Of a DNA stretch of 63,789 nucleotides, positions 9,411-18,791 are shown piece by piece. The notes beneath the pieces were generated by a model, which searched no databases, had not been told where the DNA came from, and worked only from the letters and a program-made list of their open reading frames with translations. A program made the position numbers and the translations under genes. The stretch is from a virus (taxonomy: Duplodnaviria > Caudoviricetes): positions 1-63,789 of the IMG/VR virus record IMGVR_UViG_3300043395_000803; one strand, 5' to 3'. Position 1 is the stretch's first letter; each line of letters opens with the position of its first letter.

Positions 9411-9438
9411 CAAACTAATGGAAATCTTCATTAGTTTG
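9411..9438. repeat. AT-rich palindromic site, copy 1
   Basis: CAAACTAATG-GAAATCTT-CATTAGTTTG; 27 nt identical to 27761-27787. Confidence 0.85.
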
Positions 9439-10252
9439 AGGTGGGTGCCTCATTTTTAGGCAAATCTAACTTTGACGGGGGGTCTCCCAAAAATGAGGGG
9501 GTGGGAGTCCCGCCAGAAAAAGAAGGGGGGGTGTCCGCAGAATTTTCGTCGTCAGCAGAGGAGGGGAAATCGGAAATGGGGTGGGGGGATGATCGTTCGT
9601 GGGGGATAGTATGTGTAGGGGGAGGGGCCACCATATCTGACGCATCGGGGGGTGGGGATAGGGTGGGGTCGACCTCCCCCCGGCTTCCGGAAAGTTCAGC
9701 CAGGAGGGAATCCGCTGCGCTGTCGATAACCTCGGCGTCATCCGCCTGGGATTTCAGCATCTCGCGCAACTGGGCCATGACTTGTGCGCGCGCGTCATCA
9801 CTTGATCGAATGGTGCGAACCTCTTTCCGCTCAGTAAATGCGGCCACCTCGGTTACCGACCCCAACACTTTGGCCGCCGCAGTAATTTGGCCGGGCTTAG
9901 ATTCCGGGTCGGTAATTACTTTCACCAGGGAATGAATCACCAGGGAACGCAGTCCTGCGGGGGTTTCATATTCCGCCGCCCTGATTGCGTGTTCTATTGC
10001 TTGGATCTCTGCACTCACCCTAGGATCGGCTGCGATGCGGTAAGGGTCGGCGCGGAGTGAATGCGGGCTGGCGTCGGCTTTGTATGCTTTGCGGTAGGCG
10101 TCCGCTTTGGTGTTTCCCTTCGCTACCTCCAGGGCGAACTTTCGCTGTTTGGGTGTTAGTTCCCGGTTTACCTCTCTTCCAAGGATTACCGAAACGGGAA
10201 CTGTATCTAGTGCGTCCTTCAATTGCTTTCGGGATAGTTTAGGGGGTTTCAT
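9431..10252 (-). CDS. terS: Terminase small subunit (putative)
   Basis: LTPKQRKFALEVAKGNTKADAYRKAY HTH typical of TerS; upstream of terL; Pro/Ser-rich tail. Confidence 0.75.
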   Translation of the reverse strand: MKPPKLSRKQLKDALDTVPVSVILGREVNRELTPKQRKFALEVAKGNTKADAYRKAYKADASPHSLRADPYRIAADPRVSAEIQAIEHAIRAAEYETPAGLRSLVIHSLVKVITDPESKPGQITAAAKVLGSVTEVAAFTERKEVRTIRSSDDARAQVMAQLREMLKSQADDAEVIDSAADSLLAELSGSRGEVDPTLSPPPDASDMVAPPPTHTIPHERSSPHPISDFPSSADDENSADTPPSFSGGTPTPSFLGDPPSKLDLPKNEAPTSN

Positions 10253-10349
10253 ACTGAGCCGCTGCCCTTCGGGCTGAACCAAACCGCCGCCATCATAGGT
10301 GAACAAGTGGAGAACATCAATAGCCCGCGCCTATCGCCCGGCCCGCACC

Positions 10350-10393
10350 GATAAAAACAATTCAATGGACTGGTGCATCCTGACTGCTACATT
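10350..10393 (+). promoter_or_regulatory. Candidate sigma70 early promoter
   Basis: A-rich UP-like tract, TGGACT (10366-71), 16 nt, extended -10 TGcTACATT (10385-93), at the start of the + strand early cluster. Confidence 0.45.
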
Positions 10394-10439
10394 GTCACCC
10401 GTGCTGACTGTTAGCACCAACCCGAAAGGATCGCTCACT

Positions 10440-10688
10440 ATGTCATCCCTCATCGTTGTCACCTACCGCAAGCCCACCGACACAAGGGGCGCGCGGCTGC
10501 GCGTGACTTGCGGCGACTTCAAGCCCCAAACCCTGGCCTATCCCTACGGATATGACGGGTTCCGGGCATTTGAATGCGCCGCCCGCACCTATGCCGACTC
10601 TATGGGTTGGCATGGAATCAATCTCGCCGGCGGTTGGATCGGCACGGGTTCCGCCGGGTTCGCCCTTGTCCCCTACTCCACCAAGTGA
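10440..10688 (+). CDS. Early hypothetical protein
   Basis: GAAAGGA RBS; VTYRKPTDTRGARLRV motif seen in small early phage proteins. Confidence 0.7.
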   Translation: MSSLIVVTYRKPTDTRGARLRVTCGDFKPQTLAYPYGYDGFRAFECAARTYADSMGWHGINLAGGWIGTGSAGFALVPYSTK

Positions 10689-10699
10689 AAGGAAACACC

Positions 10700-11107
10700 A
10701 TGCAAACCGAATTCCCTACCCTGCGCGACAAAATCCGCGCCGAATCCGCTGCCCGCGCTGCCCGCAATGCCGGATTCGAAGCCCTGGCGATTGAAGCCCA
10801 CGCCGCAGGACTGCGCGCCGTTGCGGAAACCGAATGCACCCCTATGGCCGTTTCAGATGGCCGCAACTTGTGGGTTGTCAATGATGGGCCGTGCGGCTTC
10901 GCCTGGGTCAAAGTGCCCGCGAATTCCGCTTTTGGCCGTTGGGCACTCAAGCGCGAACTGTTCCGCAAGTCCATCAGCGGGGGCGCGATGTTGTGGGTGA
11001 CTGATTTCAATCAGTCCCATCAGCGGAAACAAGCATATGCCCACGCATATGCGGAAACCCTCCGCGCCGCAGGGATTGAAGCATTCGCCGATTCCCGGCT
11101 CGACTGA
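10700..11107 (+). CDS. Early hypothetical protein
   Basis: AAAGGA RBS; GPCGFAWV...QSHQRKQAYAHAYA...SRLD. Confidence 0.75.
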   Translation: MQTEFPTLRDKIRAESAARAARNAGFEALAIEAHAAGLRAVAETECTPMAVSDGRNLWVVNDGPCGFAWVKVPANSAFGRWALKRELFRKSISGGAMLWVTDFNQSHQRKQAYAHAYAETLRAAGIEAFADSRLD

Positions 11108-11120
11108 AAAGGGGCGCGCC

Positions 11121-11261
11121 ATGATTCGAGTCGCAATCCTGGCCGCTTCCGCCTTTGTGGCGGTTGTGGCCCTTTCCATTGTGTGGCCCTATGACTGCGC
11201 CACCGATACCGAATGCGAAGCCGCCGAAGCCGCACGTTGTCTCATTCTCTGCGAAAGGTAA
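11121..11261 (+). CDS. Small membrane/exported Cys-containing peptide
   Basis: MIRVAILAASAFVAVVALSIVWPYDC...; hydrophobic N-terminus and 4 Cys. Confidence 0.5.
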   Translation: MIRVAILAASAFVAVVALSIVWPYDCATDTECEAAEAARCLILCER

Positions 11262-11264
11262 CCC

Positions 11265-11570
11265 ATGAACACCCACACTCCCGGCCCGTGGGCGCAAGCC
11301 CAGTATTCGCCCGCCGATGTTGTAGCAGGCGAAAAAATCATGGTCGCGTCGGCCCGCTATGGGCTGAACGATGTTTCCCGCGAACAAGCAATTGCAAACG
11401 CCCGCCTTATCGCTGCCGCGCCGGAACTGCTGGCCGCCGTTCGGGGCTTGCTCATTTGCGTTTGGCCGCGCGGCGATGCCGAAACGCTCGACGCATACGA
11501 AACCCGCACGGCCATGCTCAAAGATCAAATTGCTAGGGCCGATGCCGCTATCGCCAAGGCCACAACCTAA
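11265..11570 (+). CDS. Hypothetical protein (HTPGPW...ANARLIAAAPELL family)
   Basis: Widespread phage early-gene motif. Confidence 0.75.
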   Translation: MNTHTPGPWAQAQYSPADVVAGEKIMVASARYGLNDVSREQAIANARLIAAAPELLAAVRGLLICVWPRGDAETLDAYETRTAMLKDQIARADAAIAKATT

Positions 11571-11585
11571 CCCGGAGCCCTCAAC

Positions 11586-12251
11586 ATGGAAACCCTCGAA
11601 CAATTGCAAGCCCGCCACGCCGCCGAACTCCAAAAAGCCGCCGCCGCGCAAGCCCTCGCCGCCGAACTCCCGCGCGAACCCCTGCGCGTCATGGACACCC
11701 GGGATGCATGGTGGATTACCTACAAAACGCCGAACCCTGCCGCCGTGGCCGATATCGTGCGCGCCTTCGCGCCGCTGATCGTGCCGACTCTCGAATGGCG
11801 CGACGGGGTTTTATATCGCCAGCCCTTGGAACTCTACCCGGAGGGAATGCGCGAACGCGCAAACGCCGAGGGGCGCGAGGTTGTTTTCTCCCTGGACACG
11901 CACCAGGGGCGCGGGTTTGGCCCGTCGGTCAAATTTTGGTTTTATGCCCGCACCCCGTCGGGTGCGTTTGTCCGGGTGCATTGTGAACTGCCCGATTCCT
12001 ACCGAGCCGGGGCGCGATTGACCGCGCCTAAGTTTGACTCGCACGGCCACCCCACGGGTGACGGGAAAGCCGAGCCGAATCTAACCCTTCGGTCAATCTT
12101 TCACGACTCCATCGCGTGGAGCCCGAACACGCGCGGCTTAGATGCCCGCTACACCTACACCCTTTGCGATGATGGCCCCGAATACCGGGAAACGCTCGAA
12201 ATTCTGAACAACGCCGAATTGGCCGCTATGTGGCCGGGAGCGGGCGCATGA
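11586..12251 (+). CDS. Hypothetical protein
   Basis: 221-aa ORF with GGAG RBS, coupled to the next gene. Confidence 0.7.
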   Translation: METLEQLQARHAAELQKAAAAQALAAELPREPLRVMDTRDAWWITYKTPNPAAVADIVRAFAPLIVPTLEWRDGVLYRQPLELYPEGMRERANAEGREVVFSLDTHQGRGFGPSVKFWFYARTPSGAFVRVHCELPDSYRAGARLTAPKFDSHGHPTGDGKAEPNLTLRSIFHDSIAWSPNTRGLDARYTYTLCDDGPEYRETLEILNNAELAAMWPGAGA

Positions 12252-12925
12252 ACTATTCATTTACCAGGGTATCGCAAAATGCGAAAACCGGGCCGATTCC
12301 CGTCACCAGTACCGAGCGGGCATCATGCCCGCCATCGTGCGCGCACTATCGAACCTCATGCTATGCCGAGGATTTTTACACCCGGCTTCATTGGAATCGA
12401 CTAGACCGCGCCGGGCTCAATTTGTCGCAACTGGCCGCGAGAATCGCCGCACTTCCACCGGGTCAATTGTGGCGAATGAATGTTTCGGGTGACCTACCGG
12501 GCGCGGGCGAGACTGTCGACCCCGTGGCCCTGGGTGAAATTGTCCGGGCGAATCGCGGGCGAAGGGGGTTCACCTACACCCACAAGAAAACGCAAAAGGC
12601 TATCGAGTGGGCGCGCCACGCGACTATGTGGGGGTTCACGGTCAACCTATCCGCCGACGACGCGGGCGAAGCCGATGCACTGGCAGTGCATGGGCTCCCC
12701 GTCGTTTGCGTTGTCCCGATGGACACGCCGAAGCATTCCGCAACCCCCGAGGGTCGCCCGATTGTGGTTTGCCCCGCGCAAACCGTCGAAGGTATGGACT
12801 GCGCGAATTGCGGTCTATGCCAACGGGCGAACCGCTCCACGATTATCGGATTCCGGGCGCATGGTGCGCGCGCCAGGATGGCCGACGAAAAAGCGCGCCG
12901 AGTCATTCCAATTTTGAGAGGATAA
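12248..12925 (+). CDS. Gp88-like Cys-rich, possible Fe-S protein
   Basis: NAKTG, CPPSC-x6-CYA, LWRMNVSGDL, FTYTH, VNLSAD, CPAQ-x6-CANCGLC. Confidence 0.6.
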   Translation: MNYSFTRVSQNAKTGPIPVTSTERASCPPSCAHYRTSCYAEDFYTRLHWNRLDRAGLNLSQLAARIAALPPGQLWRMNVSGDLPGAGETVDPVALGEIVRANRGRRGFTYTHKKTQKAIEWARHATMWGFTVNLSADDAGEADALAVHGLPVVCVVPMDTPKHSATPEGRPIVVCPAQTVEGMDCANCGLCQRANRSTIIGFRAHGARARMADEKARRVIPILRG

Positions 12926-12927
12926 AC

Positions 12928-13116
12928 ATGGACACAACACCCCCAAAAGGTTTCGAGCGCATCCCATTGTGGGATGAGAAGCGCACCCAGTTTTCCCATT
13001 ACCGAAAGATTCCGCACGGGTGGGATTACTGGCGAGAGCGCCAGCCTCACCAGTTTCAGCGCGAAGTGTGGACATCCGATGCCGCGCGATGCATCACAAC
13101 CCACAAATTGCCATGA
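12928..13116 (+). CDS. Hypothetical protein
   Basis: GAGGA RBS; MDTTPPKGFER... Confidence 0.55.
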   Translation: MDTTPPKGFERIPLWDEKRTQFSHYRKIPHGWDYWRERQPHQFQREVWTSDAARCITTHKLP

Positions 13117-13280
13117 GTCCCGCCGATTTCATCCGCGCCGGGTATCGCCTGGAGCGTGCCCGGACAGCATCAACCTATGCCGCCGCATTGGAGCGAGTGC
13201 GCGCCATGCTCCGCGAGGCCGACGATAAAACAGAGGCGCGCTACCTCATCGAACGGGGCCGAAAGGAGGCCAGGACATGA
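13113..13280 (+). CDS. Hypothetical protein
   Basis: ATGA overlaps at both ends; MSPADFIRAGYRLER... Confidence 0.6.
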   Translation: MSPADFIRAGYRLERARTASTYAAALERVRAMLREADDKTEARYLIERGRKEART

Positions 13281-13447
13281 AAAGAGAATGGTTAGAGATG
13301 CTGCGAGAGATGCGAAGCGAAGGCTACGCCGTGATCGTATGGACTCCCGAGGAACTTGGAGAGACTGACCGCGAATGGGTGGAGGATTGCTCCATCAGTT
13401 ACGGCAACGAATACCTGATACCGCAAGAGGCGACCAATGAAGATTGA
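13277..13447 (+). CDS. Small acidic hypothetical protein (56 aa, not in ORF track)
   Basis: AGGAGG RBS; MKREWLEMLREMRSEGYAVIVWTPEEL... Confidence 0.65.
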   Translation: MKREWLEMLREMRSEGYAVIVWTPEELGETDREWVEDCSISYGNEYLIPQEATNED

Positions 13448-13733
13448 ACTACAGAACTTCAAGCATTCCGACTGGGCCAGCGAGGAAACCGACTGCTTCC
13501 GCGCCGACCTATGGATTGACGGAAAGTGGTTTGGAGAAGTGTCAAACGACGGGCATGGGGGCGGGCATCGATACACCAACCCAGCCGCGCGCCGGGTTCT
13601 CGACGCCGAGGCTGAGAGACTGCCGTCGTTTGTTTACGAAATGAACGGGGTCACACTGACGATCCCGCATGACGCCGATTCCCTGGTATCGAGACTTGTG
13701 AACCAACAACTTGACGCGAAAGTGAGGCACTGA
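13437..13733 (+). CDS. Hypothetical protein
   Basis: SEETDCFRADLWIDGK...NDGHGG motif. Confidence 0.7.
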   Translation: MKIELQNFKHSDWASEETDCFRADLWIDGKWFGEVSNDGHGGGHRYTNPAARRVLDAEAERLPSFVYEMNGVTLTIPHDADSLVSRLVNQQLDAKVRH

Positions 13734-13734
13734 A

Positions 13735-14097
13735 ATGGGATTCTTTTCTAAAACCTGCGCCAAGACGCACCTACCCATCGTGGCCGAGCCCGTGGGCATC
13801 CCGAAACTCAACCGAGTGGTTGCCCTGCTGCCCGACGGGCGGAAATTCACCGGGTCATACGACGGTTACGGACGGGTCGATGGGCATGATGAAGTTGCCG
13901 AGGCATGGGACAAGGTGAAGTTTGTTCTTGAGGCTTACTACGAAGGCGAGGAATACAAAGACCTCGGGAAATCGGGCGTCGAATTGGGGCAGGGCTATTT
14001 CATGGACAGAAAATTCCTGCACCATTGTTTGCTCAATGGGCCGTTCAAAGATCGAGCGGCATACACCCGCGCCTTCAAACGACTGGCGAACTGGTGA
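13735..14097 (+). CDS. Hypothetical protein
   Basis: MGFFSKTC...GSYDGYGRV...QGYF. Confidence 0.7.
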   Translation: MGFFSKTCAKTHLPIVAEPVGIPKLNRVVALLPDGRKFTGSYDGYGRVDGHDEVAEAWDKVKFVLEAYYEGEEYKDLGKSGVELGQGYFMDRKFLHHCLLNGPFKDRAAYTRAFKRLANW

Positions 14098-14279
14098 TGA
14101 CTGCTCAAGAGATTGACGACCTCGCGCGCGAAGCACTCGATGCCGCCGCGCGCCTCATCCAAGACCGGCTAGGCGTCCTGACGGGCGACCTCGCCGGGCT
14201 CTACTTCACAGGACAAACCTATGACCACACCATCGCAACCCTCGCCGGATACATCAAAGCCGAACTCTCCGAAGCCTGA
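14097..14279 (+). CDS. Hypothetical protein
   Basis: IQDRLGVLTGDLAGLYF motif; coupled start. Confidence 0.6.
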   Translation: MTAQEIDDLAREALDAAARLIQDRLGVLTGDLAGLYFTGQTYDHTIATLAGYIKAELSEA

Positions 14280-14282
14280 CAA

Positions 14283-14327
14283 TTGGCCTTTCCCAAGGCC
14301 AAAACTAATGGAAATTTCCATTAGTTT
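14283..14327. promoter_or_regulatory. Hairpin plus perfect 26-bp palindrome (copy 2 of repeated site)
   Basis: TTGGCCTT-TCCC-AAGGCCAA (14283-14302), then AAACTAATGGAAA|TTTCCATTAGTTT (14302-14327), abutting the GGAGG RBS of 14339. Confidence 0.8.
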
Positions 14328-14338
14328 GGAGGACGACC

Positions 14339-14539
14339 ATGCTCCCGAATGAGCACCATCCACTAACGGAGGCGTATCTGCGGAGTGTAAGCGTTCGCTC
14401 ACATGATGCGCTTCGAGAGGTATCGAGACTGATCTCGCACCTCGAAAAAATGTGTGACGAGGTGACTGTTGCCCAGTGCAAACTCGCCGCCGAAGTTTTG
14501 CTAGAGCGTGCCCCCAGGGCTATGATCGGGCATGGCTGA
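14339..14539 (+). CDS. Hypothetical protein
   Basis: GGAGG RBS; 66 aa. Confidence 0.55.
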   Translation: MLPNEHHPLTEAYLRSVSVRSHDALREVSRLISHLEKMCDEVTVAQCKLAAEVLLERAPRAMIGHG

Positions 14540-14732
14540 CAAGCAAATCTTCAGCGTCTACATCCTAGAGGATGAGGATGGGAGCGTGCGTGTCTTGGCG
14601 TCCAGCCAGGGCGCGCCCGGCAAAGCCTTTGAGGTTGGCCTTGAGATCATGGCAAACCTCAAGGCCGCAGAGTGTGAGCACCCCGATATGCTCACAGTCT
14701 CTCCCATCATCTGCTCGGAATCCCGGCAGTAA
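14532..14732 (+). CDS. Hypothetical protein
   Basis: 66 aa, overlaps previous gene. Confidence 0.55.
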   Translation: MADKQIFSVYILEDEDGSVRVLASSQGAPGKAFEVGLEIMANLKAAECEHPDMLTVSPIICSESRQ

Positions 14733-15543
14733 TCATCGCCTTGTGCAAGGCCGTTGCCGCCTTGAAAAGACCCACTTGCCGGTGGAAATCGTTGAAGTCC
14801 TGGCCCGGCGTCGGGGGCATGAAGTAAGGCCACCCCGTTTCCTGCGCCGCCTTCTCCCCGGTCTTGCTCTCATCGTTGTCGGCCACAACGAAGCCGCGAG
14901 GGTAACGACTCGCCAACTTGACGAGATTCCCGGCAGAGAACGCGATATGCAGGGTGTACCGACGCTTCATCGAAGCCAAGGCCGCGCGTACCGATAGCGC
15001 CGTCGCGTACCCTTCCACCAATAAATGTGGCCCTTTGTTGTCGATAAGGTACTCCGCGCCCGTGGTGCGCTGACCCAGCAGGAACTTCTTGCTCCCGTCC
15101 TCACGGATCATTTGGCATCCGACGATCCGGCCATCGACGCGCATGGGGATGACGAGAATCTGCTCACCCTCGCTGACCCACACATTGCCGTAGTCCTCCT
15201 CGAAGCCCTTGGCCTTGAGGTAGGCGTGTCTTGCGGTCTGACATTCCTTGAGAATCCACGCCGCTTTCCTGGCTGCACTTTCCTGCTGCTGCCTGCGCCG
15301 CTGCTCCGCTTGCTCTGTGGCCCGGCGAATCTTTGCCATGTCCACGCCAGCGTCAGACTTCCAGACCACCACATCCTGATTGACCGCCCAGTTTTGCAGG
15401 AAAGCATGGTCGCCCATGAACTTGACCGCCCCGTTGCGTTTGTTGGGGTGATCCTCGGTGCGATACCGACGCCACACCCCAATCGGAGGTACGGAATCCA
15501 ACATGATGCCCATCGAACGGGCAAAGGTTACAAGGTCGCTCAT
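14707..15543 (-). CDS. Toprim-domain DNA primase
   Basis: HAYLKAKG, LVIPM, LLVEGYATALS, VVADND, DFND Toprim motifs. Confidence 0.88.
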   Translation of the reverse strand: MSDLVTFARSMGIMLDSVPPIGVWRRYRTEDHPNKRNGAVKFMGDHAFLQNWAVNQDVVVWKSDAGVDMAKIRRATEQAEQRRRQQQESAARKAAWILKECQTARHAYLKAKGFEEDYGNVWVSEGEQILVIPMRVDGRIVGCQMIREDGSKKFLLGQRTTGAEYLIDNKGPHLLVEGYATALSVRAALASMKRRYTLHIAFSAGNLVKLASRYPRGFVVADNDESKTGEKAAQETGWPYFMPPTPGQDFNDFHRQVGLFKAATALHKAMITAGIPSR

Positions 15544-17009
15544 GCTCTTTGCTTGCCTTTCAGGAATGCGATCAGTCTGTGCTTTACGAACTTCTCAAAC
15601 TCAGCCGTCGGGGGTTTGGTTCTCCTTTCGTCTAGGTTCCTGGGCCACACGCCGAACTTGTCTCGATAGGTATGCGCCGCCCGGCCATTGCTCCAGCCGC
15701 TGTTGAAGACTTTGTATTTGCACATCGCCCAGAAGTCTTCGCGGTTGATGCCGCCACTGCTGAACAGTTCTTCCATCTGCCCAGGCACAGCCGCCACCTG
15801 ACTGCGACGCTGACGGACATGGCCGCAATGCAAACAAGTGTCAGAGTTACCCGGCCACAGAGCCCCGCACTTCGGGCACTTCGCCGCCTCCTTCTCCTTC
15901 TGCGTCTTCTCCTTCCTGGCCTTCTCTTTCGAGTCATCCAAGTCAGTCACGCCACCATCGAAGATCGAATCCCAGTCCTCTCGGAAGCGCAGATAGTTGC
16001 CTGAGTGGTCGAGCCACACGGCGAACTCCTTGCCCGGATACCCGCGCATGATTCTCCCCATCTGCTGAATGTGTGAGGACAGCGACTTCGAGAATGGCCG
16101 GGCAGAGATACCGATCAATACATCAGGGACATCAAACCCTTTTGTGAGAATGTCCGTGGCAATGAGCCCATTGATGTCCGTGTCCGGCTTGCTGAACTCT
16201 TCGATCACATCGCGCTTGAACTGATCGTCGTCCCGGTATGAGATGCTGATGAAGTTGTACCCGGCCTGTTGGAACTTCGAGGCGAGATCGGCTGCGTGCT
16301 CCACGCCTGCGGCAAAGACGATGGTCTTGACGGGCTTGCCAAATATCTCGTGGGTCTTCTGAATCCACTCGGCCACCACATCCCCGGTTATCTTCATGCC
16401 TCGGGTCTGCGCTTCGTCCTGGCTCCACTCGCCCGCCACCTTCTTCGCGCCCGTCATGTCGATCTCTTTGGCGACGAACACGCGCAACGGAGCCAGCACC
16501 TTCTGATCCACCAAGTCTTTGGTGGTGACTGTGCTGACCACGTTGTCATAGACCTTGCCGATACCCTTGGTGAAAGGCGTAGCGGTCAGGCCAATGACCA
16601 TCACATCCTGATGCTTCTTGATGAACTCCACTGTCTGCTTCCGCATGGCGTGGCACTCATCAACGATGAGAAGTTTGAGTCCAGGGAATGAGCCGCGCTT
16701 CTCAAGCGTTTGGGCCGAACAGACTTGGATGTTCTCGGACGGGCGATACCTCCAGTGTCCCGCCTGCATCACCCCGTGGTCGATCTTGTATCGCTCAAGC
16801 CGTTGGCTTGTCTGGTCGCACAGAATGATTCGATCAAGCAACATCGCTGCCCTGTTGCCCCGCTTCTTGGTGGCCTCAAGCAATGCGATTGCCATCTCAG
16901 TTTTCCCGGAACCCGTGGGCGAGTAAAGGACTTGCGCTCTCTTTCCCTCTGCAAATCCTTCGCGCAATCGCTCAAGACATTCCTTCTGGTATCCACGCAG
17001 TTCAAGCAC
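15540..17009 (-). CDS. SF2 DExH helicase (RadD/YejH-like) with C-terminal Zn finger
   Basis: LRGYQ Q-motif, SPTGSGKT, IVDECH, GLTATP, KGFDVP, QQMGRIMR, CPKC...CLHC; probable GTG start. Confidence 0.92.
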   Translation of the reverse strand: MLELRGYQKECLERLREGFAEGKRAQVLYSPTGSGKTEMAIALLEATKKRGNRAAMLLDRIILCDQTSQRLERYKIDHGVMQAGHWRYRPSENIQVCSAQTLEKRGSFPGLKLLIVDECHAMRKQTVEFIKKHQDVMVIGLTATPFTKGIGKVYDNVVSTVTTKDLVDQKVLAPLRVFVAKEIDMTGAKKVAGEWSQDEAQTRGMKITGDVVAEWIQKTHEIFGKPVKTIVFAAGVEHAADLASKFQQAGYNFISISYRDDDQFKRDVIEEFSKPDTDINGLIATDILTKGFDVPDVLIGISARPFSKSLSSHIQQMGRIMRGYPGKEFAVWLDHSGNYLRFREDWDSIFDGGVTDLDDSKEKARKEKTQKEKEAAKCPKCGALWPGNSDTCLHCGHVRQRRSQVAAVPGQMEELFSSGGINREDFWAMCKYKVFNSGWSNGRAAHTYRDKFGVWPRNLDERRTKPPTAEFEKFVKHRLIAFLKGKQRA

Positions 17010-17487
17010 TTTTGTACCTTTCACCGCGAACGACTCGTTGCATCGTTGATTGCGCGACCGCATATTCCTTTGCTAATCGGTACATGGTCTTGCCTTGGGC
17101 GTACTCTGCGCGAATGGTTCTTACCTGATCTTCCGTGAATCTGGCTTTGGGATGCGCGGAACCTACGACATGAGGATTGCGGGGTGGCTTGCTGTTCCGG
17201 CCCTTGGCGATCATGTCGCGCACGTTGTCGTGATTCGTGCCGACGAACAGATGGTGCGGGTTGCAGCAGGACGGCGTATCGCACCGATGGCAGACGAACA
17301 TCCCTGGCGGAATCTCGCCCACGAAATGCCGGTAGGTGATGCGGTGCGCCCTGTCGTTGGGGTCGCCACGCCTGCCGGTTCCGACGATCCCATATCCGGC
17401 TTGGTTCACAGCGCCGGTAAAAACCCAGCATCCGCTGAACGGGATGCGGATTACCTTGGACAACACTCTTTCGATTGCTGATTTCAT
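17002..17487 (-). CDS. HNH homing endonuclease with C-terminal HTH
   Basis: GCWVFTG...GYG...AHR...VCHRCDTPSCCNPHHLFVGT..DN. Confidence 0.9.
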   Translation of the reverse strand: MKSAIERVLSKVIRIPFSGCWVFTGAVNQAGYGIVGTGRRGDPNDRAHRITYRHFVGEIPPGMFVCHRCDTPSCCNPHHLFVGTNHDNVRDMIAKGRNSKPPRNPHVVGSAHPKARFTEDQVRTIRAEYAQGKTMYRLAKEYAVAQSTMQRVVRGERYKSA

Positions 17488-17534
17488 TTGGTTTCTCCTG
17501 CCGGGACACAGGCCACCCGGCGTTGGCACTCCGA

Positions 17535-18365
17535 TTACTTGTCCTTGAGTTGCTTTTGCATCATCGTTATTTGTTTGCGCATCTGTGCATTCTCACCTTG
17601 GAAGGTGTCCCTGCTCTTGGTCACGGCATCCAGTTGAATCTCCAATTGCCTGATCTGCTCCCGCAGTTCGGAGATGGTTTGCTCTGCGAGTTTCTTCTCC
17701 TCGTCTGTGGCGTCAAGCGCCGCAACCGCGAGTCGGTCAGAGAGGTTCCGATTCTCCTGCTCCAGTTGCTGAATCCGCTCCGTCTGGGCGTCTTCCATCA
17801 ACATCTCAAACTCGTCGGGCTCGTCCGCCTTCGGCTGTTCCTTGGCCTTCTTGTTTTCCGTCGTGGCCTTGCGCTCCACCACCTTACCAGTCTTCGTCGT
17901 CATCTTGATGGTGTCTGGGCGCTCGATACCCATCTCGTCGCGCACCTTCTTGACCAGGGTCGAACTTGCGTCGCATTGACGAGCGATCTCACTCAAAGGT
18001 TTCTTCGACAACAAAGGGTGACGCAACAAGACCTCGATGTTCCTGCGCCGATCCGACACCGACAAGCGCGCGCCGTTCTTGTTGTTCGCACCAACGCTGA
18101 ACCACAGGGCATCATCGAATGTGCCCTGCAACACCTCGGCCTTGATGCTTGCTCGGCCCAATATCTTGTGCGCCTCAAGCCGGTGCCAGCCGCTGGTCAG
18201 CAAATAGTTCACCCCGTTCCAATGGACTGTGATTGGGTTGAACTCGTCGCCGTTCTCCATGTCACGGGCATACGCCTCGGCAAGACCATCCACCATGTGG
18301 ACGCGCGGTTGCAGGCCCGGATCGAGAACGATGGCCGCTATGTTGAGTACCTTGATCTCGTTCAC
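17535..18365 (-). CDS. ParB/Srx-like N-terminal domain protein with HTH and coiled coil
   Basis: LQPR...FNPITV...LLTSGWHRLEAH; LSEIARQCDASSTLVKKVR HTH; probable GTG start. Confidence 0.8.
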   Translation of the reverse strand: MNEIKVLNIAAIVLDPGLQPRVHMVDGLAEAYARDMENGDEFNPITVHWNGVNYLLTSGWHRLEAHKILGRASIKAEVLQGTFDDALWFSVGANNKNGARLSVSDRRRNIEVLLRHPLLSKKPLSEIARQCDASSTLVKKVRDEMGIERPDTIKMTTKTGKVVERKATTENKKAKEQPKADEPDEFEMLMEDAQTERIQQLEQENRNLSDRLAVAALDATDEEKKLAEQTISELREQIRQLEIQLDAVTKSRDTFQGENAQMRKQITMMQKQLKDK

Positions 18366-18511
18366 TTGCTCATGCTCCTCAGTTGCCAGCCCAGCAGGAA
18401 CCATCTCCAGTAGGTCTGTGTGTTCTTGTTCGGGTACTTGCTGCCGTCCCACTTCGTGGGCTTCTTTCCCTTGCTGATCAGCAGTGCCTCGAATGCCTGT
18501 CGTGCATCCAT
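18362..18511 (-). CDS. Small hypothetical protein
   Basis: AAGGAG RBS; MDARQAFEALL...WRWFLLGWQ. Confidence 0.65.
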   Translation of the reverse strand: MDARQAFEALLISKGKKPTKWDGSKYPNKNTQTYWRWFLLGWQLRSMSK

Positions 18512-18549
18512 CTGTGCTCCTTTGTTGGTGCGCTTTGGTACGAAACCTC

Positions 18550-18592
18550 TTGCGCGGGGATACAAATATACACTAGACTGCACCTGCGTCAA
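18550..18592. promoter_or_regulatory. Overlapping divergent promoter candidates
   Basis: Minus: TTGACG-16-TATATT; plus: TTGCGC-18-TAGACT; located at a strand switch. Confidence 0.45.
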
Positions 18593-18622
18593 GCATCGAC
18601 GCGCACAGTTCAAGGAGAAAAC

Positions 18623-18784
18623 ATGAACGATTACATCCCCCTGATCGCCATCGTCGGCTCTGTGGCCGCATGGCTTACACACATCTTCACTTGCTTCTCT
18701 GAGGGGCTGTGGGGCTTCCTCATCGCGGGCGCCCTGCTCTTCCCGATTGGCATCCTTCACGGCATCTACCTGTGGTTTAGGTGA
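18623..18784 (+). CDS. Small membrane protein (2 TM)
   Basis: AAGGAG RBS; MNDYIPLIAIVGSVAAWLTH... Confidence 0.7.
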   Translation: MNDYIPLIAIVGSVAAWLTHIFTCFSEGLWGFLIAGALLFPIGILHGIYLWFR

Positions 18785-18791
18785 GGTAACC

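Noticed and set aside
14302-14327. Protelomerase (telRL) or dif site
   Set aside because: No protelomerase or tyrosine recombinase gene recognisable; sequence does not resemble the XerCD dif consensus
17535-18365. Plasmid-prophage partition system
   Set aside because: No ParA or Rep gene found; solo ParB-like proteins are common in phages, so lifestyle remains undetermined
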